Shown here piece by piece: positions 58,178 through 64,000 of a stretch of 64,000 nucleotides of DNA. How positions within the stretch are numbered: position 1 is the first letter of the stretch; every line of letters begins with the position of its first letter. The notes beneath the pieces are model-generated. The model ran no database searches. It was not told the DNA's origin and saw only the letters and a list, made by a program, of their open reading frames with translations. The DNA is taken from positions 372,001 through 436,000 of the forward strand of contig MU057701.1 of assembly GCA_013265495.1 (NCBI GenBank), in the 5' to 3' direction. The position numbers were made by a program, and so were the translations under genes. This stretch comes from Vicugna vicugna (taxonomy: Eukaryota).

Positions 58178-58714
58178 GTTGAAACACCTAAGGAATGGGA
58201 TGAGGAAGAGTACAAAATGGGCTTCAGAATTTGTTAGCATTTGTTAAATATGCATGGTACATACATGGAATTCAATGTGCAATATTCTCTGCTTTTCTCT
58301 GTTCAAAATTTTTAATTAAAAAAATACCAAAACATGGTTTTTTAAATTACAGGGTATTTTAAATGTTCACACATTTAACAAATTAACACAACATAAAAAA
58401 TGAAATCTAATTGTGTTATTCACAAGATTAATTCAACAAGTATTTAGAGAACTGTATCCTCAGCCTTCACATGGCCTCCCTTTAACTCCCTCAGCTCTCC
58501 CTCAGTGGGCTAGAATTCCCAGTTTGGTTTAAGGGAACATAATATTTAAGTTACGGTTGGTATTTATGCCCCTTATACAAACATGCATTAATTTGGGGAA
58601 ATCAATCATCAAACAAAAATCAAAAATAATGATTTCTATATTACTATGGTGACTTCGCGACTAGCTTTAAGAATGGCTTTATAAGATAATCAGTAACTTA
58701 TTACATAGGCCAGA

Positions 58715-58921
58715 TTTGATGCTACTGACATATTGGGCTGAATAATTCTTTGTTGCAGAGGGGCTGTCCTGTGCATCGTAAGATATTTAGCAACATCTCA
58801 GGTCTCTACCCACTAGGTGCCAGTAGCTTATCTCCTGACTTATGACAACTGAAAATGTCTGTCTCCAGACACTAGCAAATTTCCCCTGGGGAGTAAAATC
58901 ATTCCCGGTTGAGAACTACTG
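58715..58921 (-). mobile_element. MER20 hAT MITE
   Basis: gggctgaataattctttgttg...ggctgtcctgtgcat...ctctacccactaggtgccagtagc...ccggttgagaactactg. Confidence 0.85.
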
Positions 58922-59105
58922 ATATAAACAAGCATATACAGTTTGTTTGACAGATAACAGCAACAGTAGATGGATAAATCCATGGATTCCAAAGGCCCAA
59001 ATCCTCCCTATAAAGCTCCCAGCCCACATCTAGAAGCTATTACAAAAAGAAGTAAAGTGAAAAGAAAAACTAACAATACACCAGTAAATCTTTACCAGGG
59101 AGAGA

Positions 59106-59363
59106 ACACAGCAGTGATCGAGAGCACAGGCTCGGAGCCAGAGGACTTAGTTCAAAACTCACCAGCCCTATCACTCACCAGCTAGCCGTGTGGGCTGGGG
59201 CAAGTGACTTAACCCGGAGTATCTCAACTTGCTCTCCACTAAAATGGCAAGAAGACAATTAATACCTACCTCCTAGTGTTATTTATTGTAAGGAATAATG
59301 AAAGAATACGTGTAAAGTGCTTACAAGAATGCTCGCACACAGTAAGTGCTCAATAAGTGGTAT
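59106..59363 (+). mobile_element. Near full-length MIR
   Basis: gagagcacaggctcggagccaga...gggcaagtgacttaacc...acagtaagtgctcaataa. Confidence 0.85.
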
Positions 59364-60634
59364 TTCCCTAGAATAGCACTATTCTCTATCGGTATCTCCC
59401 AAGAATTCCATATTTTCAACTTATATAAAGTGGAAATCACTACTGATTTCAACATACAGTACCATATTTATAGAAAATAAAATATCACTCTATGTAACTA
59501 TGTACTTTACCTACTTGACAGAGGAATTATTTTCACCTATTTTCTCCATCTCAATAAAATAATGATTATGATTATGCAATCATAATAATGATTATGATCT
59601 CCAACAGCCATTAGAGAAATAAGTGCATTTGTATGTCGCTGACAAAGACGAGCTAAAAACTGACTCTGAGAGGAGAGCACAAAGACTACTGTCAACATTA
59701 GTAACCAGACATAGTAGCCAGGGAGATCTCAGTAACATTAACATACAACAGAAGTTAGGGACAGAACTATTAACTTCAGGAGCTATAGGGGGAGATGACT
59801 TAACTTAAAGAATTAACGTCTGATACGCAGGCTCAGGTGCCTACCTCAGAAGTGGATATGAAGATTTCTACCACAATTACCTTTCTTAATCAGGTCCTGA
59901 TAATCTGTTTCGAACTGAGGCCTACCTGAATCGTTAGGGGTACTTCGCTGTAGTGTGGATCTCCATACAAGGCCTCTGTTCAATTGTTTTCCCTGGTTTT
60001 TCAGAAAACAGCATGCCCTTTCTACATATACTCCAGAAGAACTTAAAACGCCTTCTCAAACATAAAATAAAAATTGCCAGTCAAAGTCAAAGTGAGACAA
60101 TGTCTCAAGCCATGCTAAAATGGACTACAGAAAACAGAGAGAGATCTAGAACTATGTCTTTACAAGGCCAGCTCCCAGATACACCTCACTATGCAGCTGA
60201 CACTCTTGTCTGGGTTATACAGATACACCCATATCTATAGCATATGATCCTGCCGTGTGGCCACAACAGCCTGATCCAAGGGCAGACACAGACCAAGCTG
60301 GGTCTTGTAAGGGCCTCTCCCATGGGGAAGAAGAGGCCCAGAGAATGGAGCTGCGTCATGTGAGTCACACCAGTGCAGGAAGAAGCACTCCATCCACCCA
60401 CTGTGAGGTCCTCCCCTACTGCCTTGATTCTTTCTCTTCCTGTTAAAAATTATCCAGCTCTCACCAAAAGAATATAAAATACTATTACTTTCTGCAAACT
60501 CCTACCTCTGTGGGGAAAAAACTTGGGAGGATGTAACTTCACAGGCAGAAAAGCTGGAATCAGAAACCAAGATTCTAATCCAAATCCTTTAAGTCCTGTG
60601 ATCTGTTGCTGACTTGCAAAAAGAAACTAATATC

Positions 60635-61170
60635 ACATTAGTTCTTTTGGCCACCCAGTATCCATTTCTTTTTCTGGTAATAAGAGCCCCAAATTTCCCT
60701 CTGAGTATTCACCTCTCCCCGACTCTCAATGTGGTTTCTGAACAGCTGATTCCACCAGAGAGCCAAGAGTGGCATGTGACCAGAATCGGCCAATCCTGAG
60801 CCTCACAGCCCCTAACACAGGGATTGATTGAGGGTAAGACATGTGACCCCATAAGCACCAATGAGACAACATGAGGCTTTTGCTGAGGCTTCTGGGAAAA
60901 AGACAGGCACTCTTTTCTACTGAATCTAAAATCTGAGAGGCTACAGGGGTTGAATATGCTGTGGCCATTTTTTTTAACATATAGTGCCTATAACTTAAGT
61001 CTATATAGGAAAAGGCAGAGTTGATTCATGGGGGGAACCTGAGTCCTAAAGACTCCACTTGAGCCCTGAATCCAGCTAGCTGTGCCTAGACTTTGCAGTT
61101 AGGTGAGACTAACTCAAATTTCTTTCTAGCTTAAGCTGGTTTAGGTTGACATTTCAAGCAGCTGAAGCTA
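60635..61170. mobile_element. MLT1-type MaLR solo LTR
   Basis: ggcatgtgaccagaatcggccaatc...cttgagccctgaatccagct...gcttaagctggtttaggttg. Confidence 0.65.
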
Positions 61171-61429
61171 ATTGAAATATATGTGTCTATCTGATTAGTA
61201 CCTCCCAGAATGTGAAAAGCTAAGTGAACTGACTGTTGTCTTGTAAGACAGCATCATGCACATAATTATTAATAGCACTGGTCACAGTTATTGACTAATA
61301 ATAACAAATGTAAGGAGAAAAAAAGGTGAGCATGGGAGAGAAGTGATTTAGTGTGATATTTGGTTATTCTGTCTCTCGAAAATATTCCAAAACATTTGTT
61401 TAAACAATTTTATCATAAAACTACTACAG

Positions 61430-61680
61430 CAATAATAATAAAAATAATAACAAGAGACATTTGCTGAATGCCTCCTGTACGCCAGATACCGCTGAAATGA
61501 CCATAACATCTTACTGAATCCTCACAGTGACCTGATAGGGTGGCTATTATTGTTATCATTCCCATTTACAGATACGGAAAATGAAGCACAGAAAAGTTAA
61601 GTTACTCATTTACACTGTAAATAAAAGGCAGAATTCAAATCCAAACAGTCTGACGCAGTTCATGCTTTTAGTGACGACAC
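61430..61680 (-). mobile_element. MIR
   Basis: atcattcccatttacagatacggaaaatgaagcacagaaaagttaagt core. Confidence 0.8.
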
Positions 61681-62134
61681 TGATTCTGAATCTACGGTCA
61701 AGGTTCTAATGCTGTTCCACTGCAGCAGAAACTCAAACTCAGGCACCCCCAAAAGCATCAAATGTGAGTGCAAAATATCACAATTTTAACTCTGGAACAG
61801 ACTAATTCCTACAACTGCATTGTGAAAGTATACATATTTAACCACGCTAGTGACTACCACTAAGGAAAAAAAAAGTGTGTAAACCCTCACAAACCTGTGG
61901 TTAAGCAAAAGCCCTACATGTTACCAAGACTGAGGATTATACTAATTAGCATCACCTTTCCAGAAAATGAGAACATCCTCATCTTCCACAAAAATCAACT
62001 TTATGAGAACATCCCCATCACTAATTTACTTTTCACCTCTTTTATAGAATAGAAACTTCTTTTAAAATCTATCCAACTTGGAAAAAAAAAACCTATCCAT
62101 CTTGAAAAAAGAAATCTATCCATCTTGGTATAAT

Positions 62135-63110
62135 CCACAAACAGAAAAAAATTATGAGCTGGACTTTCTCAAAATTAAACGTGTTTGCTCTTTGAAAACA
62201 CAGCTAAAAGAATGAAAAGACAAGCTAAAGACTGAGAGAAAAACTAACAGCAAATCACATATCTAAAGAAGGATTTGTATCCAGATATATAAAGAATTCC
62301 CAAAGCTCAGAAGTAAGAAAACCACCCAATTAAAACTTGGGCAAAAGGTTTCAACAAACACTCCACAAAGAGGATATAATGATGGTCAACAAGCACAAGA
62401 AAAAATGTTCAATGGCATTAGTCATCAGAGAAATACAAATTAAAACTGTGATTAGATATTACTGTATACCTATGACAATGGCTAAATTAAAAATACTAAT
62501 AATATCAGTGACGTAGAATAGCTGGAACTCTCAAACACTGCTAGTGGAAATATAAATGATACAGCCACTCTAGAAAAAGGGTTGATAGTTTCTTATAAAG
62601 TTAAAGATAGACAATCCCCTCTCTCCACAGATAGCTACCCTAGAGAAATGAAAACTATGTTCATACAAAAATCTGTACACAAATGTTTATAGCAGCTCTA
62701 TTCATACTTGTTAAAAACTGGAAACAAATGTCCTTTAATAAGTGGCAATGGAAAACTACTCAGTAATAAAAAGGAATAAACTTAATACATGCAATAACTT
62801 AGATGAATCTCAAAGACACAGTTAAAGAACCCAGTCTCAGAAGCTTACATACTGTATGATGCCATTTATATGATTTCACAAAAAGACAAAACTATAGGGA
62901 TGGAGAAAAGGTCAGTGGTTGGAGGAGTTATGGGACAGGGACATGTAACTATAAAAGGACAGCACGAGGGACTCTTTGGGGTGATAATATTGTTCTGTAT
63001 CCTTATTGTGGTGATGGCTGCACAAACTACACGTGTGCTAAATTAACAGCCCTGTATATACCAAAAGAAAACAGTTTTACTGGATGAAAATTTTAAGAAT
63101 AAAATTTTTA
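62135..63110 (+). mobile_element. Old L1M ORF2 3' end plus 3' UTR
   Basis: gaatgaaaagacaagcta...ttgtatccagatatataaagaa...gaaatgaaaactatgttcatacaaaa...gtcagtggtt. Confidence 0.85.
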
Positions 63111-64000
63111 AATTATTTTAAAAATATGAATCTCAATGTCACAATGGACATAGTTTTTAAAAACTGAAAAGAAATAAAGGATGTTTGTTGTTAATAAATG
63201 GAAAACCAAACATTTCCCCTCCCACAAATGTTAAGTTTTCGAGGTAAGAATGGAGCCTCAGAAAGAAGGTCTCCAAATAAAACAATCACTGAGTTCACTG
63301 GGTGCAAAATGTAGGATACTTTTGAAGAATCCCATCATAGCTAGATAATTGGTGCAGGACCAAAAGTAAACACTGGGAGAAAAATGAAATCAACAGTGTA
63401 CCACAGAGAGGGTAGGCAGACGCTTGGACTAAGACATGTTCAGTAGCAGATGATAAAAAAGATGGTGATTTATAAGCATCATTCTCTTTCCACTGTGGTC
63501 CTCTTTCTGCAGCAGCATAAAAATAACCACTAGACCACCTTGAAATCTAGTCATGAACTGTACTTTTATATTTTTGAAAATCAGTTATTGTCCTTAAACT
63601 AACTTTTATTGTTAATTTTGTCAAGATCCTCTTTTATTTCTAAAGAATTCAATCTTATTTGATTAGAGACAGACTTCAAAAAAAAAATATAAATAAACTG
63701 TGATTCAATAGCAGGAGCCAATAGTAGTAACTAAAATTTCTTCACTCTAAGTTGAAGATGTCTTTTACATTTGTCTCCATTAGGGAAAAAAAATCATCTA
63801 CCTCATAATTAACTTGGATGGGATAAATCAGATTGCATTTGTAAAGGTTTTAGAAGACTGATGTGTTGTGCTAAACATTACCACCATCCACTTGAACAGA
63901 AATTACTAACATTAATGATCAGTTCTTGATTAGACCCCAAGTTATCTTTAATTATTATTAAACTATATAAACAATAAAACCATCGGAAAACTTTAAAATG

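Overview
Mammalian (eukaryotic) genomic DNA, AT-rich, lying entirely inside the 5' half of the HELZ gene (helicase with zinc finger, UPF1-like SF1 RNA helicase) on the minus strand. I assembled 18 consecutive coding exons by hand, from the ATG at 56063 down to 502. All introns are GT-AG with consistent phases, giving an uninterrupted 2769-nt CDS (codons 1-923). It encodes an N-terminal TPR-like helical region, a CCCH zinc finger and helicase motifs I, Ia, II and III; the gene continues beyond both window edges. Introns are filled with interspersed repeats: three tRNA-derived SINEs of the type I recognise as camelid (Camelus/Vicugna), young and old L1 3' ends, L2, MIR, Tigger1, an artiodactyl Tigger-type MITE, MER58A, MER63, MER20, a mariner fossil and LTR relics. 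I found no prokaryotic system, CRISPR array or second protein-coding gene. The best leads concern splicing: a 63-nt frame-preserving candidate cassette exon (32998-33060), a candidate poison exon (25357-25459), a recursive-splice-site/RS-exon architecture (46146-46320) and a NAGNAG acceptor. There are also several ultra-short tail-only retro-insertions with target-site duplications. Family names and orthologue comparisons are from memory, not from database searches.
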